Assembly: GCA_963758575.1 (NCBI GenBank)
Contig: CAVWWE010000007.1
Location: forward strand, 4,764 to 68,763
Length of the DNA stretch: 64,000 nucleotides
Direction: 5' to 3'
Source of the DNA: an uncultured Actinomycetes bacterium
GTDB lineage: Bacteria > Actinomycetota > Actinomycetes > Streptosporangiales > Streptosporangiaceae
Both the position numbers and the translations under genes were made by a program. This document shows positions 19,067 to 27,593 of the stretch, in pieces. Below the pieces are notes generated by a model. That model did not search any database, was not told the origin of the DNA, and saw nothing but the letters and a program-made list of their open reading frames with translations. Within the stretch, counting starts at the first letter, position 1. The number at the start of each line of letters is the position of its first letter.

Positions 19067-20179
19067 TCACGCCCACTCGTGCCGCTCCCCCTGGTGCAGC
19101 GCCTGGTAGATCCGGTTGCGCAGCGCGTTGGCGTCTTCGCTGGTCAGCGTCCGGTGCAGGTCGCGGAGGACCACCCGGAGCAGCACATTCTGCTGCCCGG
19201 GCCGGGCGCCGAGGCGGCAGATGGCCGGGTCCGGCAGCTGCTGGTAGCCGGTGGCGGACAGCACCCGGATCTCCTCCACCCGGTCCGCGTCCGGGCCGAG
19301 CGTGTCCCGCACCTGGTCACCGAGCGTCTCCTCGTCTTCGTGGCCGGCCACTGCGAGGGACAGGTCCCGGGTGATGGGCGGCATCGATGAGACCGGGTGA
19401 TAGCGGGTCAGGTCGAGCAGCTGCCCGCTGACCCGCGGATCGGCCGAGCGGAGCAGCCGGATGTCGGGCACGTGCTTGACCAGCATGACCAGCCGGTCCA
19501 GGCCCATGCCCAGGGCCAGCCCGCTGTGCCCGCCCAGCCCAGCGCCGGCCAGCACGCCCGGATTGGCCACCCCGCACTCCCCCACCTCCAGCCAGCGCCC
19601 GTCCTCGGACACGTCGACCTGGCGGCCGCCGAGCGTGTACGGGTGGCTCCGCGGTTCCAGGCGGACCGGCCGCCCCGGGATGAGCGCGGCCACCAGCACC
19701 GCGATCATCTCGTCCAGATCGGTACCGCCCAGCCGCCTGGTGCTGATCCGCCACAGGTCGAGCTGATGCGGGGTGCCGGTGTGCTGCCAGTCGATGGCGT
19801 CACGCCGGTACGCGATGCCCGGGCAGACCAGCAGCACATCCGCCGCGGGCGCCCGGGCCAGCTCGCGGAGCGCGGGCGGGATGATGGCGGTGGAATGGCT
19901 GCGCAGCATCTGCCCGGCGGCCACGTACCGGGTATACCGGGCCTCCCGGGTGACCGCGCCGGCTGGGTAGCCGAGCCGGTCGTAGTTGTCGGCCACCGGG
20001 ACTACCCGCGGGCCGCGGCACCAGCGGACCGCGCAGCCCCAGGCGCTGGCCAGCGCCTCGGTCGCCCGGCCGATGATGAGCTGGATGGCGTGCGGGCCGG
20101 CCGCGGGGTCGGTGAGGTCGCGGATGCTGAGGTCGCGCCGGAGTTGCTCCGGCGTGAGATAGACGGCAGGACTGGACAT
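19067..20179 (-). CDS. phenylalanyl-tRNA-synthetase alpha-like class II aaRS paralogue with C-terminal FDX-ACB-like domain (monomeric, mitochondrial-PheRS-like layout)
   Basis: Motif-2-like GIAYRRDAIDWQHTGTPHQLDLW and motif-3-like GLALGMGLDRLVMLVKHVPDIRLL. The C-terminal ~95 aa (ITRDLSLAVAGHEDEETLGDQVRDTL...VLLRVVLRDLHRTLTSEDANALRNRIYQAL) fit the ferredoxin-fold anticodon-binding pattern. No N-terminal coiled-coil arm and no adjacent pheT. RBS GAGGAG. Confidence 0.7.
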   Translation of the reverse strand: MSSPAVYLTPEQLRRDLSIRDLTDPAAGPHAIQLIIGRATEALASAWGCAVRWCRGPRVVPVADNYDRLGYPAGAVTREARYTRYVAAGQMLRSHSTAIIPPALRELARAPAADVLLVCPGIAYRRDAIDWQHTGTPHQLDLWRISTRRLGGTDLDEMIAVLVAALIPGRPVRLEPRSHPYTLGGRQVDVSEDGRWLEVGECGVANPGVLAGAGLGGHSGLALGMGLDRLVMLVKHVPDIRLLRSADPRVSGQLLDLTRYHPVSSMPPITRDLSLAVAGHEDEETLGDQVRDTLGPDADRVEEIRVLSATGYQQLPDPAICRLGARPGQQNVLLRVVLRDLHRTLTSEDANALRNRIYQALHQGERHEWA

Positions 20180-20404
20180 GGTGACTCCTCGCTGCGGTGA
20201 ACGGATCCGGGCTGGCTGTCCTCCCGGCCCCGTGGTTCACCCGCGGGACGTCACTGGCTCAGCACGCAGCGCCTCCCGGCGGCCCACCGTGAGCCGGGAG
20301 GCAGCAAAATCGCCGTGCCTGCAGCCGTGCCATGCCTTGGACGGTAACACCCGGCCACTCCGCCGGGCCACTGATACACAGCCCGGCTGAACGGCAGCCC
20401 CAGT
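20180..20404 (-). promoter_or_regulatory. 225-nt structured 5' leader/intergenic of the aaRS-like operon with mutually exclusive pairings
   Basis: On the minus-strand RNA one CCUCCCGGC (reverse complement of 20293-20301) can pair with either of two GCCGGGAGG copies (reverse complements of 20272-20280 and 20220-20228). A further GGUGAAC/GUUCACC helix lies just upstream of the SD. Confidence 0.35.
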
Positions 20405-21974
20405 TCACGCGTTGCTGATCGTCGCGACCGTGCCGTCCAGCTTGGTCAGGGACACGGTGAAGTGCTCGTTGTACAGGTGCGCGTGATCACGCAGGTAACT
20501 CAGCGCGACCGCCTCGCCGAGCCTGATGGACTCGTCGGTGTCGCTGCGCCAGTGGATCCCGGCATGGATGCCATGGCCGAAGCTGACGTTGTGCGCCAGT
20601 TTGTGCAGCTCGCTGTTCACCGTCAGCGGCCGTTCCCCGGCCGGCGCGCGGTAGTTCTCCAGCGCGGTCCCGTCGGCCGACGGCACCTTCGGGCCGGTGA
20701 TCGGGAAGTTGCCGTCGAAGAAGAACTTCAGCACGGTGATGCACGCGCCGGCCACGGTGCCGTGCCCGCTGGGATAGGCCGGATGGGCCGGCGAGCCCTC
20801 CGGGAAGGCCTGGGCCAGGAAATAGCTGTTGTTGGCCCGGAAGCTGGCCTGCACGGCCTGGGAGTTGAGCACGGTGTCGCTGACGTGCCCCTCGATCCTG
20901 CCGCCCTGGCCGGTCTGCTGCAGGTACACGATGGCCCCGCCGGACTCCGGCCGGTGCCGCAGGTGCGCCCACCACTTCTGGTACCACACCTCGCGGATCG
21001 CCTGGCCGGCCACCGCGGCCAGGGTGGCGGCGATGTCCGGCTGGCCGAACGTGCCGAAACCGTTCTGCGTCTTGGATGCGGCGTACGGGTTGCCCGAGTT
21101 CAGCGGCGGCGGCAGCGGATTGTTGATCGTGTTCAGCACCAGGTAGGCCATCAGGTACTCCTGGTACGGCACGTCGGCGTGGGTGAGCGCGGCCAGCGCC
21201 CGCCCGTCGTTCAGGTAGCGCGCCCCGGCAGGGGTCAGGGCCTTCCCGGTGGGCCTGCCGTTCTGCACGTTCAGGAACTCGCCGGGCTCGGTCATGAAGT
21301 CGAGGCCGGCCTGGTTGGTGACGTACTGCTGGGTGACCGGCAGCGTGCCCAGCCCGGCCGGCAGCAGCAGGAACTGGGACAGGTACGGCCCCAGCTTCTC
21401 GCCGGCGAAGTCACCGCGCAGCAGCAGCCGCGGCGTGACCTGGCCGGTGCGGGTGTCCCGGGGCCCGGCATACTCCGGCAGCGAGGACAGCTCGGCGGCC
21501 GCCCGCTGCGCCACGCTGCTCTGCTCATACGCCCCGAACGGCACGTCACGCAGCAGCGATGCCCAGTACAGCTCGACGAGTTCGGTGGCGTACGCCTCGC
21601 TGGCCAGCGCGGGCGCCGGTGGCACCAGGTACTGGCTGCCGTCCAGGCTGTCCAGGCAGAACGCCAGCCCGGCCTGTGGCCCGTTCAGGGTGCGCGGGCC
21701 ACCCAGGATGATCTTCTCGAAGTCGGCCGGGGAACCGGTGCGCAGCGCGGTCTTGAACGTCGCATATGCGCCCAGGTCGACCAGGCCGATGCCGGCCTGC
21801 AGGACACCTTTGGTGTACGTGCCCGACTTGTCGCTGTACCGCGCCTCATCGCCGTTGTCGATCTGGGCCTGCGGCGGCGGCGAACGCGTCGCTGCCTGCG
21901 GTGCGGGTGCGCAGCGCCAGCGACCGTAACACCCGGTCGCTGGTCGCCGGCCTGAGTTCCTCGTTCAGCGTCAT
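20405..21974 (-). pseudogene. vanadium-dependent haloperoxidase (PAP2 superfamily), N-terminal frameshift near 21890-21900
   Basis: ATG 21974 with GGAGGA 8 nt upstream. The span is 1570 nt (not a multiple of 3). Catalytic blocks are intact: YQKWWAHLRHRPE (KxxxxxxRP), HPAYPSGHGTVAGA (SGH) and HAGIHWRSD. The N-terminal block QIDNGDEARYSDKSGTYTKG is in the main frame, while the Met is in another frame. Confidence 0.75.
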
Positions 21975-22131
21975 CCGGTGCGCATCCTCCCGCCCTGCGT
22001 CCCACTACGCTGGGGACACGTCTGGTGGGTACCAGCCTCCCGGCCGCCGTCTGCGTCCAGGTTGATTGCCAGTTGCCGCCGATTAATCCCGGGTTGAGGG
22101 CGCGGGTTGAGCGGGGCGGGCCGGGGGACAA

Positions 22132-22159
22132 CGGGATACGGGGACATCGGGATACGGGG
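22132..22159. promoter_or_regulatory. 12-mer CGGGATACGGGG repeated at 16-bp spacing immediately upstream of glgC
   Basis: Read directly (22132-22143 and 22148-22159). A GGGTTGAG x2 pair lies at about 22091-22111. The second copy abuts the glgC RBS region. Confidence 0.3.
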
Positions 22160-22166
22160 GTAGCCG

Positions 22167-23447
22167 ATGGCTGGGCAGCGGGTGCTGTGCATCGTTCTCG
22201 CCGGTGGGGGTGGCCAGCGCCTGGCGCCACTGACCGCCGACCGGGCCAAACCAGCCGTCCCGTTCGGCGGCGTGTACCGGGTGGTCAACTTCGCGCTGTC
22301 CAACCTGGTCAACGCGGGCTGGCGGCGGATCTGCGTGCTGACCCAGTACAAGAGCCACAGCCTGGACCGGCACCTGAGCACCACCTGGCGGCTGAACAGC
22401 GTGCTGGGCGACTACGTGACGGCGGTCCCGGCGCAGCAGCGGGCCGGCCCGCACTGGCAGGCCGGCTCGGCCGACGCGATCTTCCAGTCGCTCAACCTGA
22501 TCGACGACGAGCGGCCCGCCGTGGTGGCGGTGTTCGGCGCCGACCACGTCTACCGGATGGACCCGCGGCAGATGCTGGCCGCGCACCGGGCCTGGGGCGC
22601 CGGGGTCACCCTGGCCGGTGTGCCGGTCCCCCGGGCGCCGGCCGCGCGGGCCGGGGCGGCCGGGATGGCCGGCTTCGGCGTCGCGCGGACCGCGCCGGAC
22701 GGCCACCACGTCGTGTCGTTCCGGGAGAAGGCCGCCGGCCCCGCTGGCCGCCCAGGCGCGACTCCGGGCGCGGCCTACGTGTCCATGGGCAACTACCTGT
22801 TCGACCGGGACGTCCTGGTCAACGCGCTGAGTAAGGACGCGGTCAACGACCGCAGCGGGCACAGCATGGGCGGCGACATCGTCCCGATGCTGGTCCGGGA
22901 CGGCGCCGCGCACGTCTACGACTTCCTGCACAACCAGGTGCCCGGCGCGGCCGGGCGGGACGCGGGCTACTGGCAGGACCTGGGCACGCTGGACGCCTAC
23001 TTCGGCGCGCACCTGGACCTGTGCGCGGACGACCCGACGTTCCGGCTGGACAACGCCCGGTGGCCGATCCTGACCCAGGTCGCCCCGCTGCCGCCGGCCA
23101 AGTTCGCCCGGGACGACGCTGGCCAGCCCGGGCAGGCGATCGGCAGCCTGGTCAGCAACGGCGTCATCATCGCGGGTGGCCTGGTCCGCGACTCAGTGCT
23201 GTCGCCGGGCGTCCGGGTGGCTGGCCCGGCCCGGGTCAACCAGGCGGTGCTGCTGCACAACACCCAGGTCGGCCGGGGCGCCGTGGTCCGGCGCGCCATC
23301 CTGGACAAGAACGTCGTCGTCCCCGACAACGCCGCGGTCGGGGTGGACAAAGAGCATGACCGGGCCCGCGGCTTCGCGGTGTCCGACGGCGGCATCACCG
23401 TCGTCGGCAAGGGCCAGCCGGTCACGCCTTTAGCCCAGGCATGCTGA
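22167..23447 (+). CDS. glgC: glucose-1-phosphate adenylyltransferase
   Basis: [62 protein letters not shown]-like AGSADAIFQ and the C-terminal left-handed beta-helix region. There is a short in-frame Ala/Gly-rich insertion around residue 160. Confidence 0.9.
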   Translation: MAGQRVLCIVLAGGGGQRLAPLTADRAKPAVPFGGVYRVVNFALSNLVNAGWRRICVLTQYKSHSLDRHLSTTWRLNSVLGDYVTAVPAQQRAGPHWQAGSADAIFQSLNLIDDERPAVVAVFGADHVYRMDPRQMLAAHRAWGAGVTLAGVPVPRAPAARAGAAGMAGFGVARTAPDGHHVVSFREKAAGPAGRPGATPGAAYVSMGNYLFDRDVLVNALSKDAVNDRSGHSMGGDIVPMLVRDGAAHVYDFLHNQVPGAAGRDAGYWQDLGTLDAYFGAHLDLCADDPTFRLDNARWPILTQVAPLPPAKFARDDAGQPGQAIGSLVSNGVIIAGGLVRDSVLSPGVRVAGPARVNQAVLLHNTQVGRGAVVRRAILDKNVVVPDNAAVGVDKEHDRARGFAVSDGGITVVGKGQPVTPLAQAC

Positions 23448-23493
23448 ATACTGGCCGGGAGGAGGGGGCTCAGCCACGCAGCCTGGAGGAACC

Positions 23494-23952
23494 GTGCCAC
23501 CACGACCACCGCTGCCCCCGTTCACCGAGGAGACCGCCCGGCAGAAGGTGCAGGCCGCCGAGGACGCCTGGAACACCCGTGACCCGGAACGCGTCGCGGC
23601 CGCGTACACGGTGGACTCGGTGTGGCGCAACCGCGGCGAGTTCATCACCGGCCGGGCGGAGATCATCGAGTTCCTGCGCCGGAAATGGTCCCGCGAACTC
23701 GACTACGCGCTGCGCAAAGACCTGTGGGCGGTGCTTGGCGACCGGATCGCGGTGCGGTTCCAGTACGAATCGCACGACGCCAGTGGGCAATGGTTCCGCA
23801 GCTACGGCAACGAACTGTGGGAATTCGACGGCGACGGCCTGATGCGCCGCCGTGAGGCCAGCATCAACGACGTGCCCATCGACCCGGCCGACCGGCGCAT
23901 CTTCGGCCCGCGCGGCGAGGCTGAGCGCGGCCAGTCCCCGCCACTGCAATGA
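23494..23952 (+). CDS. DUF1348 / NTF2-like (SnoaL-fold) protein
   Basis: [64 protein letters not shown] matches the DUF1348 pattern as I remember it. GTG start. Confidence 0.7.
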   Translation: MPPRPPLPPFTEETARQKVQAAEDAWNTRDPERVAAAYTVDSVWRNRGEFITGRAEIIEFLRRKWSRELDYALRKDLWAVLGDRIAVRFQYESHDASGQWFRSYGNELWEFDGDGLMRRREASINDVPIDPADRRIFGPRGEAERGQSPPLQ

Positions 23953-24007
23953 GCGTTCATGATAATATGTCGTGCCACGAGCTAGTTTTCCGGCGGGGAG
24001 CACGCCG

Positions 24008-24331
24008 ATGAGCCACTGGTATCGCCAGCTGCGCGTACTGCACCGGCTCGGGCACGAGACGAAGCGCACCGATCCGCAGCTCGCCGAGATGCTGACCCAG
24101 TTCAGCCAGCTGGCCGCGGGCCAGCCGATGCCCGCCCAGGAACGGCTGCGGACCCCGCTGCGCGCGGCTGCCCGCGGGCTGCGCGCCGCCGCGCGGGCCT
24201 GCGCCATCGCGGACGGCTGGCTGGCCGCCAAGTTGCCCGACGCGGCTCCGGGCTGGGCCGCCACCGGGGTCTGGGCGGGCGTCCAGCCGGCCCGCCCCCG
24301 TCTGCCCGGTCGCGGACCAGATCCTTCTTAA
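24008..24331 (+). CDS. hypothetical protein
   Basis: ORF with a plausible ATG (MSHWYRQLRVLHRLGH...) and reasonable GC3. No recognisable domain. Confidence 0.3.
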   Translation: MSHWYRQLRVLHRLGHETKRTDPQLAEMLTQFSQLAAGQPMPAQERLRTPLRAAARGLRAAARACAIADGWLAAKLPDAAPGWAATGVWAGVQPARPRLPGRGPDPS

Positions 24332-24450
24332 CGCCAGTACCCCCCACCCGCCACCAACCGGTACCCGGCCGTCACCGGTCACGTTCCCGCGTCCCGGCGT
24401 GTCACTAGCAGTGACAAGTCCTACCCAGCCGATGTGACCAGGGAGCGAAC

Positions 24451-25026
24451 GTGACGTCCTACCTTCCGCCCATCGAGAAGCCCCGCGACCTGCGGCTCAA
24501 ACTGATCTATTTCTTCAGCCGGCGGCAGGCCGGCAAGGTGATCACGCCGATCACCACGTTCGCGGCGCGGATGCCGTTCCCGTTCATGTCCTTCTACGGC
24601 AAGCTGAACCGGCTGGACAAGAAGCTGCAGCTGCCCCAGCCGACCGCGGTGCTGCTCCGCGAGCAGGTGGCCAGCCTCAACACGTGCCTGTTCTGCATGG
24701 ATGCGGCCCGGTGGTACGCCGCCCGGGCCTCGGCCGCCAACCGGGCGCGGTTCGACGCGCTGCCCGAGTACCGGACCAGCCCGCTATTCACCGAGGCCGA
24801 ACGGGCCGCGCTGGACTACGCCACCGAACTCACCACGGGCAAGAAGGTCGAGCCGGCCACGTTCGCCCGGCTGGCCGGGCATTACACCGAACGCGAGATC
24901 TGCGACATCGTCTGGCTGGTGGCCAGCGAGCACCTGAACAACATGACCAACATCGGGCTGAACATCGGCTCCGACGGCCTGTGTCCGGTACCCGCCGCGC
25001 ACAGCGCCGGAACCACCACCAGCTGA
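24451..25026 (+). CDS. carboxymuconolactone decarboxylase (AhpD-like) family protein
   Basis: LREQVASLNTCLFCMDAARWYA (CxxC-like AhpD block) and FTEAERAALDYATELT are typical of the CMD family. Confidence 0.8.
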   Translation: MTSYLPPIEKPRDLRLKLIYFFSRRQAGKVITPITTFAARMPFPFMSFYGKLNRLDKKLQLPQPTAVLLREQVASLNTCLFCMDAARWYAARASAANRARFDALPEYRTSPLFTEAERAALDYATELTTGKKVEPATFARLAGHYTEREICDIVWLVASEHLNNMTNIGLNIGSDGLCPVPAAHSAGTTTS

Positions 25027-25040
25027 GGAGGAGGAGCAGC

Positions 25041-25964
25041 ATGCGAGTCCTGGTCATCGGCGGCAGCGGGGCCATCGGCAGCCGGCTGCTGCCGCAGCTG
25101 GCCGGCCGGGGGCACGAGGTGATTGCCAGTTCCCGCTCGGCCGGCAAGGCCGGGCAGCTACGCGCGCACGGCGCCGAGCCCATCGCGCTCGATGTGCTGG
25201 ACGCCGCCGCGGTCCACGCGGCGGTGCAAGCGGCCCGGCCCGAGGCCATCGTCTATCAGGCCACCGCGCTGGCCGGCGCGGGCTTCTCGCGCAGCCTGGA
25301 CCGGACGTTCGCGCTGACCAACCGGCTCCGCACCGAGGGCACCGACAACGTGCTGGCCGCCGCGCGCCAGGCGGGTATCCACCGGATCGTCGCGCAGAGC
25401 TTCGCCCCGTACCGCTACCTGCGGGTGGGCGGGCCAGTCAAAAGCGAGGACGACCCGCTGGACGGCGACCCGCCGGCCAGCGCACGGCAGTCGTTCGCCG
25501 CGATGGCCCACCTCGACCAGGCGGTCATCGCGGCCGGCGGGATCGCGCTGCGCTACGGCGGCTTCTACGGGGACCCGGACCAGCTGGTCACGGCGGTACG
25601 CAAGCGGCAGTACCCGATCATCGGCGACGGCGCGGGAGTCATGTCGTTCATTCACCTGGACGACGCGGCCGCCGCCACCGTGCTCGCTCTCGACCAGGTC
25701 GGCCCGGCCGTCTACAACGTCACCGATGACGAGCCCGCGGCGACGCGCGACTGGCTGCCGGTGCTCGCTGACGTGCTCGGGGCCAAGCCGCCGCGGCACC
25801 TGCCCACCTGGCTGGCCCGGCTGATCATGGGCGGCGCGCTGGGCATGATGACCCAGTCCCGCGGCGCGGCCAACGCCAGGGCCAGGAAGGAGCTCGGCTG
25901 GACGCCCCACTACCCGAGCTGGCGCCAGGGCTTCCCGGCCGCCTACCGCGCGCCGACGGGCTGA
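25041..25964 (+). CDS. NAD-dependent epimerase/dehydratase (extended SDR) family protein
   Basis: ATG 25041 preceded by GAGGAGGAGGAG. MRVLVIGGSGAIGSRLLPQLAGRGHEV is a Rossmann GxxGxxG block. Confidence 0.85.
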   Translation: MRVLVIGGSGAIGSRLLPQLAGRGHEVIASSRSAGKAGQLRAHGAEPIALDVLDAAAVHAAVQAARPEAIVYQATALAGAGFSRSLDRTFALTNRLRTEGTDNVLAAARQAGIHRIVAQSFAPYRYLRVGGPVKSEDDPLDGDPPASARQSFAAMAHLDQAVIAAGGIALRYGGFYGDPDQLVTAVRKRQYPIIGDGAGVMSFIHLDDAAAATVLALDQVGPAVYNVTDDEPAATRDWLPVLADVLGAKPPRHLPTWLARLIMGGALGMMTQSRGAANARARKELGWTPHYPSWRQGFPAAYRAPTG

Positions 25965-26039
25965 CCCGGGCGGGCTGGCCTGGCCGGCGACACGCGCCGG
26001 GTCCCGCTGGCCGGCCGGCCAGCTCTCTACCATGACGCT

Positions 26040-26387
26040 ATGACACAACCTGCATCCGCCGGATTCCCGGTGACCACCGCTTTCAGCCTGCCCGGCATGA
26101 CTGTCGAACAGGACCTGGGTGTCGCCTTCGGCCTGGTCGTCCGCAGCATGGGTGCGATCAAGTCGATCGGCGCCGGGTTCAAGGCGCTGCGCCAGGGCGA
26201 GGTATCCCAGTACACCGAACTGCTCGAGGACAGCCGCCGGCACGCGGTCGACCGGATGATCGAGAACGCCCGGCTGCTCGGCGCGAACGGGGTCGTCGCG
26301 ATGCGGTTCGACTCCTCGGAGATCGGCCAGCAGCTCACCGAGATTGTCGCTTACGGCACGGCGGTCGTCGCTCGCCCGGCCAGCTAG
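26040..26387 (+). CDS. YbjQ (UPF0145) family protein
   Basis: VTTAFSLPGMTVEQDLGVAFGLVVRS...NGVVAMRFDSSEI...AYGTAV is the UPF0145 pattern. 115 aa. Confidence 0.85.
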   Translation: MTQPASAGFPVTTAFSLPGMTVEQDLGVAFGLVVRSMGAIKSIGAGFKALRQGEVSQYTELLEDSRRHAVDRMIENARLLGANGVVAMRFDSSEIGQQLTEIVAYGTAVVARPAS

Positions 26388-26389
26388 CC

Positions 26390-26797
26390 ATGCCCGGGAC
26401 ACCGCCGCCCGCGCCACCGCCGGGGCCGCGGTCCGCGCTCGATGAGGCGGCCCGGGAGCGGCTGCTGCGCCTGCTCCGGGAGCACTATGCGCTCGGGCAC
26501 CTCGACCTGGACGAGATGAGCCGCCGGGTCGGCGTGGTGCTGGCCGCGGCCTATGCCGACCAGGCCGCGGCGGCGGTGACCGACCTTCCGCTGCTGGGCG
26601 CCGGGTCAGCCGGGCCGGCCGCTGCCCGGGCCGGCCGCCCCGGGCAGCGGCGGCGGCACGCGCAGCGGACCGAGCCGGACGCCAGCTGGGTGCCGACCCC
26701 GGAGCGGTTCCGCGACCCGTCCACCCAGGCGATCATGCGGGTCTGGATCGACCCGGCCGACCTGAGCCGCCACTACGTGCCGGAGCCCGGCGGCTGA
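26390..26797 (+). CDS. DUF1707 domain protein
   Basis: ERLLRLLREHYALGHLDLDEMSRRVGVVLAAAYADQAAAAVTDLP fits DUF1707. Low-complexity tail. Confidence 0.6.
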   Translation: MPGTPPPAPPPGPRSALDEAARERLLRLLREHYALGHLDLDEMSRRVGVVLAAAYADQAAAAVTDLPLLGAGSAGPAAARAGRPGQRRRHAQRTEPDASWVPTPERFRDPSTQAIMRVWIDPADLSRHYVPEPGG

Positions 26798-27477
26798 GCC
26801 GGCTGCCCGGCGGGTTGCGCTCGCCGCCGGTCTGCTGAGCTCGTTGCCCGGCCGGCTGTGGTCGCCGCCCGGCCGGGTGCTGGCGGCCGGGCTGCCGGGT
26901 CAGCCGGCTGGCCGAGCCGCAGGCCGTCCAGCGCCGCCCGCAGGATCGGCCGGGAATAGCCGGGGCCGCCGTTGATCGCCGCGATGGCAATGACCATGTC
27001 GAGGATCTGTTCCAGAGTCAGGTCGTCGCGGACCTCATGGCTGCGCTGCGCCGCGGCGAGCAGCGGCCGCCCGGCCGCCAGCACCCGGGCCCGGCCCTGG
27101 CCGAAGATGGCGTTCCTGTTGCTGTTATCACTATCCGCCAGCAGTTCGCTGGCGATGTGGTGCTTGCTGGTGAAGAACGCGGCGAACCGGTACAGCCAGG
27201 CGGCGAGGATCTCGCCGGGCGTGCCGCCCGCCGCGTCCCCGGCGGCCGCGCAGATCGCGTCAACCTCGTCGGTGTAGAGGGCTTCGAGCAGTTCCCGCCG
27301 CCCCGGAAAGTTACGGTAGAGCGTCGCCATGCCGACACCGGCCCGCCGCGCCACCTCGGCCATCGACACCTGCACGCCGGGTTCCGCGAACGCGGCCCGG
27401 GCCGCCGCGAGGATCTTGTCCCGGTTGCGCTCGGCGTCGGCCCGTTTCGCGGGTGCTCGGTCCTGGTCCGCAGTCAT
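26773..27477 (-). CDS. TetR-family transcriptional regulator
   Basis: RNRDKILAAARAAFAEPGVQVSMAEVARRAGVGMATLYRNFPGRRELLEALY is a TetR N-terminal HTH. Divergent from the AKR gene. Confidence 0.85.
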   Translation of the reverse strand: MTADQDRAPAKRADAERNRDKILAAARAAFAEPGVQVSMAEVARRAGVGMATLYRNFPGRRELLEALYTDEVDAICAAAGDAAGGTPGEILAAWLYRFAAFFTSKHHIASELLADSDNSNRNAIFGQGRARVLAAGRPLLAAAQRSHEVRDDLTLEQILDMVIAIAAINGGPGYSRPILRAALDGLRLGQPADPAARPPAPGRAATTAGRATSSADRRRAQPAGQPAQPPGSGT

Positions 27478-27489
27478 GGCTTCCTAAGT

Positions 27490-27528
27490 GGATAGGCTAT
27501 CCGATACAGTGAACGGACAGGCTATCCG
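27490..27528. promoter_or_regulatory. putative TetR operator: palindrome GGATAG-G-CTATCC plus a second AGGCTATCCG copy 25 bp downstream
   Basis: Read directly in the 116-bp TetR/AKR divergent intergenic region. Confidence 0.5.
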
Positions 27529-27593
27529 TTTCTGTTCAGAGCAGATACTACCCACCTGCCGTGGCTGAGTCGCGGCGACGCGAGGAGTTCGCC

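Noticed and set aside
20180-20404. T-box riboswitch in the leader of the PheRS-like gene. The transcript contains GGGUGAACCACGG (compare the T-box consensus GGGUGGNACCGCG) and a GUUCAG that could present a Phe UUC codon.
   Set aside because: The essential UGGN bulge that pairs with the tRNA NCCA end is not present (UGAA instead). I could not identify a Stem I with K-turn or specifier-loop features. The resemblance is within what chance allows in GC-rich sequence. Only a cmsearch with RF00230 could revive it.
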